Shown piece by piece: positions 38,430 to 46,913 of a stretch of DNA of 57,602 nt. The notes below the pieces were generated by a model. The model saw nothing but the letters and a program-made list of their open reading frames with translations. It was not told the origin of the DNA and did no database searches. The translations under genes and the position numbers were made by a program. Location of the stretch: contig JAZSIW010000062.1 in the NCBI GenBank assembly GCA_045534025.1, positions 1 to 57,602 of the forward strand, read 5' to 3'. Each line of letters starts with the position of its first letter. Position 1 is the first letter of the stretch. The stretch comes from Eubacteriales bacterium (GTDB taxonomy: Bacteria; Bacillota; Clostridia; Oscillospirales; CAG-382).

Positions 38430-38464
38430 AAACACACCTCCAATTTTAATTTTACTTTAATAAT

Positions 38465-38492
38465 TTTATAACATTAGCATCGCATTTGTCAA
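38465..38492 (-). promoter_or_regulatory. candidate promoter of the dockerin/C39-like gene
   Basis: The minus strand reads TTGACA (38492-38487), a 16-nt spacer, then TATAAA (38470-38465). Confidence 0.35.
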
Positions 38493-38646
38493 TGGCAAGG
38501 CTTAAAATTCGTTATATTATACATTTCCAAATGGTATTTTATGGTCAAAAAGCACAACAGCTGCGATGATTTTTCAAGTTGATGTTCTATTTTATTCAAA
38601 GTTATGCATAGATATTAACAAAGTATTTTCGGAGGTTGCATTGTTT

Positions 38647-40122
38647 ATGGATAACAACATTTACAAAGATATTGCAGAACGCACCGGAGGCGATATTTAT
38701 ATCGGAGTGGTCGGACCTGTTCGCACAGGAAAATCCACGTTTATTAAACAAGCAATGGAGCACCTTGTTCTACCCAACATCACAAACACTTCTTTAGCGA
38801 CACGAGCACGGGATGAAATGCCCCAATCTGCGTCGGGAAGGACGGTAATGACGACCGAGCCAAAATTCATCCCCGAGGAAGCCGTTAGCGTTAACATAGA
38901 TGGCGAGGTTAATTTTAAAATTAAAATGGTTGATTGTGTTGGATATTTGGTTAACGGTGCATTGGGGCATACCGAAGACGGAGAGCCACGAATGGTTATG
39001 ACCCCTTGGTCTAAAGAAAGCATCCCTTTTGAGCAAGCGGCAGAAACAGGAACTTATAAAGTCATTACCCAACATGCTACTATCGGTGTGATGATAACTA
39101 CTGACGGAACTATAAGTGAAATCCCCAGAGAAAACTACATAGAAGCAGAAAAGCGCGTTGCCAAGGAATTAAACGAAATCGGAAAACCGTTTGTTATAGT
39201 TTTAAACTCTGCATATCCGGAAAGCGAAGAAGCTAAACGTCTTTGCCAAGAGCTTGAAACAAACTATAATAGTCCGGTACTGTCTATGAATTGCCTGAAG
39301 CTCGGAGAAACTGAAATAAAAAAAATACTTTCTGCGGTTCTATACCGATTCCCCGTAAAAGAATTAAAACTTTATACGCCTGCGTGGACAGAAGTTTTAG
39401 ATTCAGAGCATCCGCTAAAAAAGCAAATCCGTTCTTATATCAGGTCAGCAGCTACAAACATTAATACCATCGGCGAAGTAAAACAAGCATTTGCCGCACA
39501 AGAAGGCACAGGCAGCGCTCTCTTTGCCAATTTACAATCACTCGATTTAGGTGACGGTAGCGGAAAAATTGAAATTGTAATACCTAACAACGTATTCTAT
39601 AAAATCCTGTCGGAAGCCGGAAAACGCGAAATAAACGACGAACGCAGTCTTATAAAGGTGGTTAAAGAGTTTTCCGAAGTAAAGGAAAAATATGACAAAA
39701 TCAAAGATGCTCTTGATTCAGTAAACGAAACGGGGTACGGCATTGTAACTCCCGCTAAAGAAGACCTTACTTTGGAGGAACCCGAAATTGTGAAACAGCC
39801 CGGCGGTTACGGCGTAAAGCTGAAAGCTTCAGCACCCTCCATACACATGATAAAAGCTAACATAAAAACGGAAGTTAATCCCATTGTCGGAAGCGAAACA
39901 CAATCCGAGGAGTTGGTAAAATTTATGCTTAAGGAATTTGAGGAGGACCCCGCAAAACTTTGGGAAACAAATATGTTCGGAAAAACTTTATACGAACTTA
40001 TAGAAGAAGGCCTAAACACAAAACTTGAACACATGCCCGAAGACGCACAAGCAAAGCTTTCCCAGACGCTACAAAGAATAATTAACGAAGGTAGCGGCGG
40101 CTTGATATGCATTTTGCTATAA
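38647..40122 (+). CDS. spoIVA: stage IV sporulation protein A (spore coat morphogenetic ATPase)
   Basis: MDNNIYKDIAERTGGDIYIGVVGPVRTGKSTFIK is the canonical SpoIVA N-terminus with its Walker A motif. I moved the start to ATG 38647, which has GGAGG 9 nt upstream. Confidence 0.95.
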   Translation: MDNNIYKDIAERTGGDIYIGVVGPVRTGKSTFIKQAMEHLVLPNITNTSLATRARDEMPQSASGRTVMTTEPKFIPEEAVSVNIDGEVNFKIKMVDCVGYLVNGALGHTEDGEPRMVMTPWSKESIPFEQAAETGTYKVITQHATIGVMITTDGTISEIPRENYIEAEKRVAKELNEIGKPFVIVLNSAYPESEEAKRLCQELETNYNSPVLSMNCLKLGETEIKKILSAVLYRFPVKELKLYTPAWTEVLDSEHPLKKQIRSYIRSAATNINTIGEVKQAFAAQEGTGSALFANLQSLDLGDGSGKIEIVIPNNVFYKILSEAGKREINDERSLIKVVKEFSEVKEKYDKIKDALDSVNETGYGIVTPAKEDLTLEEPEIVKQPGGYGVKLKASAPSIHMIKANIKTEVNPIVGSETQSEELVKFMLKEFEEDPAKLWETNMFGKTLYELIEEGLNTKLEHMPEDAQAKLSQTLQRIINEGSGGLICILL

Positions 40123-40126
40123 GCCT

Positions 40127-40378
40127 ATGACTGTAAAGTTTTGCAAACTTAAAGAAAAGGAAGTAATAAACCTTTGTAACGGCAAACGTTTAGGATATGT
40201 CAGCGACGCAGAGCTCGATATAAACACCGGCAGAATCACACGGATAATTGTACCTAAAAATGCAAAGTGTTTTTCTTTCGGCAATGAAAGAAACAATATT
40301 ATAATACCATGGCAAAACATCGAAAGGATAGGCGATGACGCTATTCTCGTGCGCATATCCGAGATTATACAAACTTAA
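40127..40378 (+). CDS. YlmC/YmxH-family sporulation protein (PRC-barrel)
   Basis: 83 aa. KLKEKEVINLCNGKRLGYVSDAELDINTGRITRIIVP is the family pattern. Confidence 0.85.
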   Translation: MTVKFCKLKEKEVINLCNGKRLGYVSDAELDINTGRITRIIVPKNAKCFSFGNERNNIIIPWQNIERIGDDAILVRISEIIQT

Positions 40379-40386
40379 TTTAAAAG

Positions 40387-40431
40387 CTTGCCTTAGATGC
40401 TGTTTTATCGCATTTAAGGCAAGTTTTTTTA
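40387..40431 (+). terminator. rho-independent terminator after spoIVA-ylmC
   Basis: CTTGCCTTAGATGC, an 8-nt loop, GCATTTAAGGCAAG (one G-U pair), then TTTTTTT. Confidence 0.85.
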
Positions 40432-40526
40432 TTTTTTGTTCTTTTAATGAACAATTAAGGCAACCTTAATACTCTTATGCTATTTTGACAAATAGGTACA
40501 AAAAATAAACGAGCAAGGAGGCAAAG

Positions 40527-41246
40527 ATGGCTTATCAATCTGTTTTCAAACGGTACGAAATTAAATTTTTGTTGACACAGCAACAAAAAGATTTAATTGT
40601 TAAGGCAATGTCTCCATATATGCGTTTAGATCAATACGGCAAAACAACCATACGTAACATTTATTACGACACCGACAGTTACCTACTTATACGACGTTCA
40701 ATAGAAAAGCCTGTATTTAAAGAGAAGCTTCGAATCCGTAGCTATAAAAGAGTAAACAGTGATGAAAATGTTTTTGTGGAACTAAAAAAGAAGTATAAAG
40801 GTGTTGTGTACAAAAGACGCTTGGCTTTACCTGAAAAAAACGCCGTACAATGGATAAAAAACGGTGTATATCCATTGGAACAATGCCAGATTTCCAATGA
40901 GATAGACTTCTTTATACAGCATTACAAAAGTTTAAAACCGTCCGTATTTTTATCATACGAGCGTGAAGCCTTTTACGACGTTTCGGGAAGTGATTTTAGG
41001 GTAACTTTTGATGATAACATAATTAGCAGAAAAGAAGAGCTTTCTTTATGTAGTGACGTCTGGGGAGCCCCCTTGTTAAACGAAAATTGTGTTTTAATGG
41101 AGATAAAAACAGCAGGCGGTATACCGCTTTGGATGACACACATGCTTACGGAAATGAAGATATTTAAAACCTCGTTTTCTAAATACGGCAACGTATATAT
41201 AAATACTATACTGAGAGAACAGAAAGGGATTTTTTTGTATGCTTAA
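40527..41246 (+). CDS. VTC-domain (polyphosphate polymerase-like, triphosphate-tunnel fold) protein
   Basis: 239 aa and soluble. It carries an alternating charged beta-strand signature (KRYEIKF, RNIYYD, KLRIRSY, FVELKKK, YKRR, YEREAF, RVTFD, MEIK). AAGGAGG lies 5 nt upstream. Confidence 0.85.
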   Translation: MAYQSVFKRYEIKFLLTQQQKDLIVKAMSPYMRLDQYGKTTIRNIYYDTDSYLLIRRSIEKPVFKEKLRIRSYKRVNSDENVFVELKKKYKGVVYKRRLALPEKNAVQWIKNGVYPLEQCQISNEIDFFIQHYKSLKPSVFLSYEREAFYDVSGSDFRVTFDDNIISRKEELSLCSDVWGAPLLNENCVLMEIKTAGGIPLWMTHMLTEMKIFKTSFSKYGNVYINTILREQKGIFLYA

Positions 41247-41934
41247 TAAATATCTTGGCAGCGTATTGGAAATTGAAGGTACATATGCAATTGACATTAA
41301 AGTTTTTTTAACTTGCATTGCTGTGTCACTTCTAAGCGGTTTGATTATAGCCTTTGGGTATATGTTTAAAAATAAATACACAAGCAGCTTTGTTATTACC
41401 CTTGCCCTGCTTCCGGCAATGGTATGCGTAGTAATAATGACCGTAAACGGCAATGTAGGTATGGGCGTGGCTGTTGCAGGCGCTTTTGGACTGGTACGCT
41501 TTCGCTCCGTTCCCGGTAGTGCAAGAGAAATCGCAATTATTTTTCTCGCTATGGCAACAGGGCTTATCTCAGGAACAGGTTACCTGGGATATGCTTTACT
41601 GTTTTCAGTCATGATGACTGCCGTTTATATCCTGTATACCATTATAGGAAATCGTCCCGGAAAAAGAGATGCTTTATACAAAACTTTGTCAATTACCGTT
41701 CCGGAAGATCTTAACTACAGCGAAGCTTTTAAAGATCTTTTATCCGAATATACAAAAAGCCACGAACTCGTCAAAGTAAAAACTACCAACATGGGAAGCC
41801 TTTATAAACTTACATACAACATCGTTTTAAAAAAATGTGACAGCGAAAAGGAGTTTATCGATAAATTGCGTTGTCGCAACGGCAATCTTGAAATTAGCAT
41901 TTACAGACAAGAAAGTTCGGGCACAGAACTCTAA
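41239..41934 (+). CDS. DUF4956-type membrane protein
   Basis: 231 aa with four or five TM helices, a GLVRFRSVPGSAREIAIIFLAMATGL segment typical of DUF4956 and a ~90-aa soluble tail. It overlaps the VTC gene by 8 nt. Confidence 0.75.
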   Translation: MLNKYLGSVLEIEGTYAIDIKVFLTCIAVSLLSGLIIAFGYMFKNKYTSSFVITLALLPAMVCVVIMTVNGNVGMGVAVAGAFGLVRFRSVPGSAREIAIIFLAMATGLISGTGYLGYALLFSVMMTAVYILYTIIGNRPGKRDALYKTLSITVPEDLNYSEAFKDLLSEYTKSHELVKVKTTNMGSLYKLTYNIVLKKCDSEKEFIDKLRCRNGNLEISIYRQESSGTEL

Positions 41935-41961
41935 TGCCTAAATATAAATTATGGAGATATT

Positions 41962-44778
41962 ATGGTAAAAAAAACAATAGCAATAATCAAAAAATTACTT
42001 TCAAAAAACAAACGCTTATTTATCGTTATTTTTGCAGGTGTTGTTTTGTCGTTGATAGGCATCGTGTTTCTGCTTTTTTATGTTTTCAGTGGTTCTGATT
42101 CCATCGATAACACGCAACTTACCCAAGAAAGCGCGGTTTTAAACGTTGAAAGTTCGTCTGAGGACGGAGTTGAGTACACATCCGCAGACTCCGGTATAGA
42201 TGAATCGAGTGACCAAATTGAAAGCACGACAGACAGCGAAGAAAAAAATGACGAAAGTTGCTCTGTGGAACAGAACAAAGAGTCGCAAGATGTCACCGAA
42301 GACAGTATAACAGATTCATCCACTTCAGAAACTGAAGACGGCGGTAAAATAGACTCGTCAACTTCCGAGGCTGACGATAACAGCACGGTAGACTCGTCTG
42401 TTCCCGAGGACGATGACAGTAGCATCATAGACTCCTCTGCTCCCGAGGCCGATAACAGCAGCACCGTAGACTCCTCTGCTCCCGAAGCCGATGATAACAG
42501 CACCGTAGATTCGTCTGCTCCCGAGGCCGATGACAATAGCACCGTAGATTCGTCTGCTCCCGAAGCCGATGATAACAGCACCGTAGACTCCTCTGCTCCC
42601 GAAGCCGACGACAGCAGCACGGTAGACTCCTCTGCTCCCGAGACCGACGACAGCGGCACCGTAGATTCGTATGCTCCCGAGGCCGATGACAGCAGCACCG
42701 TAGATCCGTCTGCTCCCGAAGCCGACGACAGCAGCACGGTAGACTCCTCTGCTCCCGAGGCCGATGACAGCGGCACCGTAGATTCGTCTGCTTCCGAGGC
42801 CGATGACAACAGCACCGTAGATTCGTCTGCTCCCGAGGCCGATGACAGCAGCACCGTAGACTCGTCTGCTTCCGAGGTTGATGATTCTTCATCAAGTGAT
42901 ACAATCGATATTCCCGTTTCTACAGATGCAATGTTTACCAACCGAGACTTGAAAAATACCTACAACGCAAGTGATTCAATAACCATCACACTTGAAGGTG
43001 ACTCCATATATTGCAATTTCCCGCAATATGTTTCAATCAACGACAACACCGCTACTATTAAAGACGAAGGCGTATATATTGTAAAAGGCACGCTGAACAA
43101 CGGCATGATAAAAGTTGAAGCAGAACTCTCGGACAAAGTTCAAATCGTATTAAACAATGCAACAATATCTTCAAGCACTTCTGCCCCCATATATATAAAA
43201 CAGGCTGATAAAGTTTTTATTACGTTAAATGACGGCACATCCAATACGTTAATTACAGGAAGCAAATTTGTTGCAATAGACGAAAACAATATAGATGCTG
43301 CGATATTCTCTAAAGACGACTTAACCCTTAACGGTGCAGGAAATTTAACAATACAATCACCGGCAGGGCACGGTATAATATCTAAAGACGATTTGGTTGT
43401 AACCGGTGGCACGTACACGGTTATTTCAAGCGGTCACGCTTTTGCAGGAAAAAACAGTTTGCGCATTGGTGGAGGCACTTTTGTTATAAGAACAAACAAA
43501 GACGGTTTCCATGCAGAGGACCTAGACAACACCGTTTCCGGCTTTTTATACACGGCAAACGTCAACGGCACAATTACCGCTAACATAAACGCAGGAGGAG
43601 ATGCAATAAGCAGCCAAAGTTATTTAACAATGAACGGCGGTAGATTTGAAGGCACAAGCGGCGGTGGCAGTAGCATCGTTCCTGACGAAACATTAAGCGC
43701 TAAGGGCATCAAATGCGATGGCACAATTACAATAAACACAGGTACAACAATAAATTTCGATACTGCCGACGACGGTATCCACACAAGCGGAAATATTGTT
43801 GTAAACGGAGGGAATATAACCTTAACCTCAGGATATGACTGTTTCCAAGCCGACGGTACTCTAACAGTCAACGGAGGAACATTAACATTAACCGCAGGCG
43901 GCGGTTCTTCTGCATACCACAACTCCTCAGCAAGTGCCAAAGGGCTTAAGTCCACAGGGGCCCTAACCATAATTGACGGCAACATAACCATCGATAGTGC
44001 AGACGACGGTATACACTCCGGCTCGGACATTAATATATCCGGCGGTGTATTTAATATTTCAACCGGCGACGACGCTATGCATTCTGACACAAATTTGAAT
44101 GTAACAGGCGGCACTGTCAACATAGCAAAAAGCTATGAGGGGCTTGAATCCACACATATAGTCATTGACGGCGGCGAAATTATCTTAAAATCCAGCGACG
44201 ACGGTCTAAATGCCGCCGGGGGCGTCGATTCAAGCGGAACGTCAACAGGAAATACTACGGGGTTGCAGGGCAGGCCCGGCAAACCAGGCAGACCCGGCGA
44301 TAACTTTTCCGCAAGCAACGGCTCCATAAAAATCAGCGGCGGCACAATTATAATAAACGCTTCCGGTGACGGCATAGATGCTAACGGAAATATAGAAGTT
44401 TCAGGAGGTAACATTGCTGTTTCAGGCCCAACAAGCGGCGGAAACGGCAGTTTAGATTACGACGGAACGGCTACAATAAGCGGCGGTGTTTTGGTTGCAA
44501 TAGGCTCGAGACAAATGGCAATGAACTTTAGTTCTGCAACCAATCAAGGTTGCGCGCTATTTACCTTTTCTGCTACACAAACCGCAAATACTCCGATTAA
44601 ATTAATCGATAGCAACGGCAATATACTATTCTCATGGATTGCTGACAAAACATACTCTTCCGTTGTAATCAGTTGCCCCGATTTTACGGTTGGAGATTCT
44701 TTTTCGTTAACCGCCGGCTCATTTTCATCGGGAGTATTCACACTAAGCGGTAGCGGCCTTTATAAGAAAAACGGATAA
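41962..44778 (+). CDS. membrane-anchored surface protein: acidic tandem repeats plus a Cthe_2159-like parallel beta-helix (carbohydrate-binding-domain family)
   Basis: 938 aa. An N-terminal signal-anchor helix is followed by 15 acidic 13-aa repeats. After them come ~600 aa of repeated GG-x-hydrophobic-x-hydrophobic...DDG(I/L)(H/N) turns characteristic of the Cthe_2159 beta-helix family, including a GRPGKPGRPG insert. Confidence 0.75.
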   Translation: MVKKTIAIIKKLLSKNKRLFIVIFAGVVLSLIGIVFLLFYVFSGSDSIDNTQLTQESAVLNVESSSEDGVEYTSADSGIDESSDQIESTTDSEEKNDESCSVEQNKESQDVTEDSITDSSTSETEDGGKIDSSTSEADDNSTVDSSVPEDDDSSIIDSSAPEADNSSTVDSSAPEADDNSTVDSSAPEADDNSTVDSSAPEADDNSTVDSSAPEADDSSTVDSSAPETDDSGTVDSYAPEADDSSTVDPSAPEADDSSTVDSSAPEADDSGTVDSSASEADDNSTVDSSAPEADDSSTVDSSASEVDDSSSSDTIDIPVSTDAMFTNRDLKNTYNASDSITITLEGDSIYCNFPQYVSINDNTATIKDEGVYIVKGTLNNGMIKVEAELSDKVQIVLNNATISSSTSAPIYIKQADKVFITLNDGTSNTLITGSKFVAIDENNIDAAIFSKDDLTLNGAGNLTIQSPAGHGIISKDDLVVTGGTYTVISSGHAFAGKNSLRIGGGTFVIRTNKDGFHAEDLDNTVSGFLYTANVNGTITANINAGGDAISSQSYLTMNGGRFEGTSGGGSSIVPDETLSAKGIKCDGTITINTGTTINFDTADDGIHTSGNIVVNGGNITLTSGYDCFQADGTLTVNGGTLTLTAGGGSSAYHNSSASAKGLKSTGALTIIDGNITIDSADDGIHSGSDINISGGVFNISTGDDAMHSDTNLNVTGGTVNIAKSYEGLESTHIVIDGGEIILKSSDDGLNAAGGVDSSGTSTGNTTGLQGRPGKPGRPGDNFSASNGSIKISGGTIIINASGDGIDANGNIEVSGGNIAVSGPTSGGNGSLDYDGTATISGGVLVAIGSRQMAMNFSSATNQGCALFTFSATQTANTPIKLIDSNGNILFSWIADKTYSSVVISCPDFTVGDSFSLTAGSFSSGVFTLSGSGLYKKNG
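42313..42897 (+). repeat. 15 x 39-nt in-frame tandem repeat (consensus DSSAPEADD(N/S)STV)
   Basis: Head-to-tail 39-nt units read directly from the sequence. The repeat phase matches codons 118-312 of the 41962 ORF. The first and last units are degenerate. Confidence 0.95.
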
Positions 44779-44819
44779 AAAACAGCTGAAGGCGTTTTTC
44801 AAGGCCTTCAGCTGTTTTT
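44778..44819. terminator. bidirectional rho-independent terminator
   Basis: AAAAACAGCTGAAGGC, a 10-nt loop, GCCTTCAGCTGTTTTT. The stem is perfect, with an A-run and a T-run, and lies between convergent genes. Confidence 0.9.
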
Positions 44820-44861
44820 GCTATGTTACCCATCAAGCCGACGGATTTTTTTGGGGGATTT

Positions 44862-45677
44862 TTATATATCCAAATAGTCTTTTCTGTAATTAACACTGAA
44901 GGTTTCAGCAAGAGCTTTAAGTTCTTCATCTTTAATTGTGTTTATTACCGGCAAATGTGCGGTAAGCATATACAGTTGTGCCGCTTTTTCTACAGTTTCT
45001 ATTAACCCAAAAGCCTCATCCAAGCTATTTCCGGTACCGTAAATTCCGTGGATGCCCCAAATTACAAGGCGGTGGTTTAGCATTTGCTTGGCAGTCGCTT
45101 CGCCGATTTCGTTTGTTCCGCAAACCATCCAAGGCAACACCCCTATCCCGTCCGGAAACACTATTATACACTCACTGCAAGTTTGCCATAAAGAACGGGT
45201 AAAAGCCCTTTCTTCCAACACGTGTACCCTATTCATTGCCAATGTATATGTGGGGTGACTGTGAATAACTACCTTATGCGCTTTGTCAACCGACAGTCTC
45301 ACCTTATGGCTTTTAAGATGTGCGGGAAGTTCGCTTGTAAATTTACCTCCGTCTTTAAATCCCCAAAGCAACTCTGCGTTATTGCCATCATCTGAAATTC
45401 TTATAATGCCAAGATTTAATTCCGGATCATCTTTTATGTTTTTGAAATACTTTCCCGTACCGGTAACAATAAATATCTTGCCCGCAAGCTCTATCCCGTC
45501 AAAGCCCAAAGGAATTTCCCTTATTACAGAATCAAGGTTCAAATATTCACTCACTTCAGCTTCATCCAACAAACAGCTTATGTTACCACCGTTTCGTTCA
45601 TCCCAACCCAAACGGTACATATTAGCAGCAGTATCTGCCATTTCGATTACAAAAGGGGCTTTGAAAATATCCATCAT
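44862..45677 (-). CDS. rhaD: rhamnulose-1-phosphate aldolase
   Basis: 271 aa. It aligns by eye with E. coli RhaD (GWDERNGGN, TSELPAH, VVFPDGIGVLPWMVCGTNEIGEATA). Confidence 0.9.
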   Translation of the reverse strand: MMDIFKAPFVIEMADTAANMYRLGWDERNGGNISCLLDEAEVSEYLNLDSVIREIPLGFDGIELAGKIFIVTGTGKYFKNIKDDPELNLGIIRISDDGNNAELLWGFKDGGKFTSELPAHLKSHKVRLSVDKAHKVVIHSHPTYTLAMNRVHVLEERAFTRSLWQTCSECIIVFPDGIGVLPWMVCGTNEIGEATAKQMLNHRLVIWGIHGIYGTGNSLDEAFGLIETVEKAAQLYMLTAHLPVINTIKDEELKALAETFSVNYRKDYLDI

Positions 45678-46909
45678 TCTCTATTCACCAATACTTCTTT
45701 CTCATATTTTTTTATAGAGCTTAAATAATCCGTTTCTACCTCTGCCCTATTCAAAAATTCCTGCCATACATCGCCAAACGGGGCAGTCTTAAGTTCTTCG
45801 TTTAAAACCATAAGCTCCGTCATGTTATTGTTATCTTGCAACTTTTTCATTCGTTCGCAAGGGGTTAACAAAGCATACAGCAAAGCCTTTTGCAAACTTC
45901 TTACGCCCGTTACCCATGCAGAGATCCGATTTATTGAAGCGTCGAAATAATCAGTAGCCAAAAACACACGGTCAGTTGCATTGCACTTAACTACTTCGGC
46001 GGCGATGGCTTTCGTTTCATCATCAAACAACACAACATGGTCAGAATCCCACCTAACAGCCCTTGTAACATGCAAAGCGATTTTTTCGTTAAACAAAAGC
46101 AAGGAAGAAATTTTATCTGCAACCGATTCTGTAGGATGATAATGGCCGTTATCCATAAGCGGCGTTATTCCCTTATAGTTTGCATAAGAAAGGCAAAACT
46201 CTGCAGAACCCACTGTATAGCTTTCAACGCCTATACCAAACACCTTAGACTCTAAGGTTATGTAAACCTTTTCTTTATCATACTCTGTTGATAATATATC
46301 GTCTAAGGAAGCCTTAAATCTTGCTCTTGGTCCGTAACGGTCAGCAGGTATATCCTTATATCCATCCGGTATCCAAATATTCATAATGCAAGGCATGCCC
46401 GTTTCTTCTGCAAAATATTGAGATATTTTAAGACAAGCTATCCCGTGATTGACCCAATATTTTCTTACTTGCTCATCGGGAGAAGAAAGGGTAAGACCGT
46501 CTTTTACCATAGGGTGGGAAAAAAACGTAGGGTTAAAATCAATGCCAACTCCATGTTTTTTTGCAAAATCAACCCATTTTTTAAAATGTACAGGCCTTAA
46601 TTCATCCCTTCCTACTGCTCCATCTGTTATAGCATAGCAAGCGTGTAAATTAAGTTTCTTCTTCCCGGGTATTAACTTAAACGCTGTTTCTATATCCATC
46701 ATAAGCTCATCGGGCGTACGAGCTTTTCCTACATAGTTACCCGTTGCCTGTATTCCACCGGACAAAGCTTCGCTGCTGTCGAAACCGCAAACATCATCTC
46801 CTTGCCAACAATGGATAGAAATGCTTATATTGTTTAAAGCCTTCAAGGCTTCTTCCGTTGAAATACCAAGCTTTTCATAAATGCATTTCGCTTCAGAATA
46901 TCTGCTCAT
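45674..46909 (-). CDS. rhaA: L-rhamnose isomerase
   Basis: RhaA family pattern (IHCWQGDDV...). I moved the start to ATG 46909 (MSRYSEAK), which has GGGAG 7 nt upstream. The track start is TTG 46927. Confidence 0.92.
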   Translation of the reverse strand: MSRYSEAKCIYEKLGISTEEALKALNNISISIHCWQGDDVCGFDSSEALSGGIQATGNYVGKARTPDELMMDIETAFKLIPGKKKLNLHACYAITDGAVGRDELRPVHFKKWVDFAKKHGVGIDFNPTFFSHPMVKDGLTLSSPDEQVRKYWVNHGIACLKISQYFAEETGMPCIMNIWIPDGYKDIPADRYGPRARFKASLDDILSTEYDKEKVYITLESKVFGIGVESYTVGSAEFCLSYANYKGITPLMDNGHYHPTESVADKISSLLLFNEKIALHVTRAVRWDSDHVVLFDDETKAIAAEVVKCNATDRVFLATDYFDASINRISAWVTGVRSLQKALLYALLTPCERMKKLQDNNNMTELMVLNEELKTAPFGDVWQEFLNRAEVETDYLSSIKKYEKEVLVNRE

Positions 46910-46913
46910 ATAA

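Noticed and set aside
38550-38646. Sigma-E-type promoter upstream of spoIVA (TCTATTT ... CATAGATA)
   Set aside because: It resembles the mother-cell sigma-E consensus only with several mismatches, and I cannot score it without a matrix. It is plausible biologically but not well enough supported to list as a feature.
42313-42897. A regularly spaced 39-nt repeat that could suggest a CRISPR array
   Set aside because: The units are directly contiguous with no unique spacers and are in frame within a 938-aa ORF. No cas genes or leader are present. It is a coding tandem repeat.
42078-42941. Long minus-strand ORFs (287 aa and 159 aa) antisense to the repeat region
   Set aside because: Their periodic Ser/Ala/Glu or Arg/Cys/His-rich translations simply mirror the 39-nt repeat read on the other strand. 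They have no RBS and lie entirely inside a well-supported plus-strand CDS.
44239-44300. GRPGKPGRPG collagen-like tripeptide run in the beta-helix protein
   Set aside because: There are only about three G-x-P triplets, too short to form a collagen helix. It is more likely a loop insert in the beta-helix.
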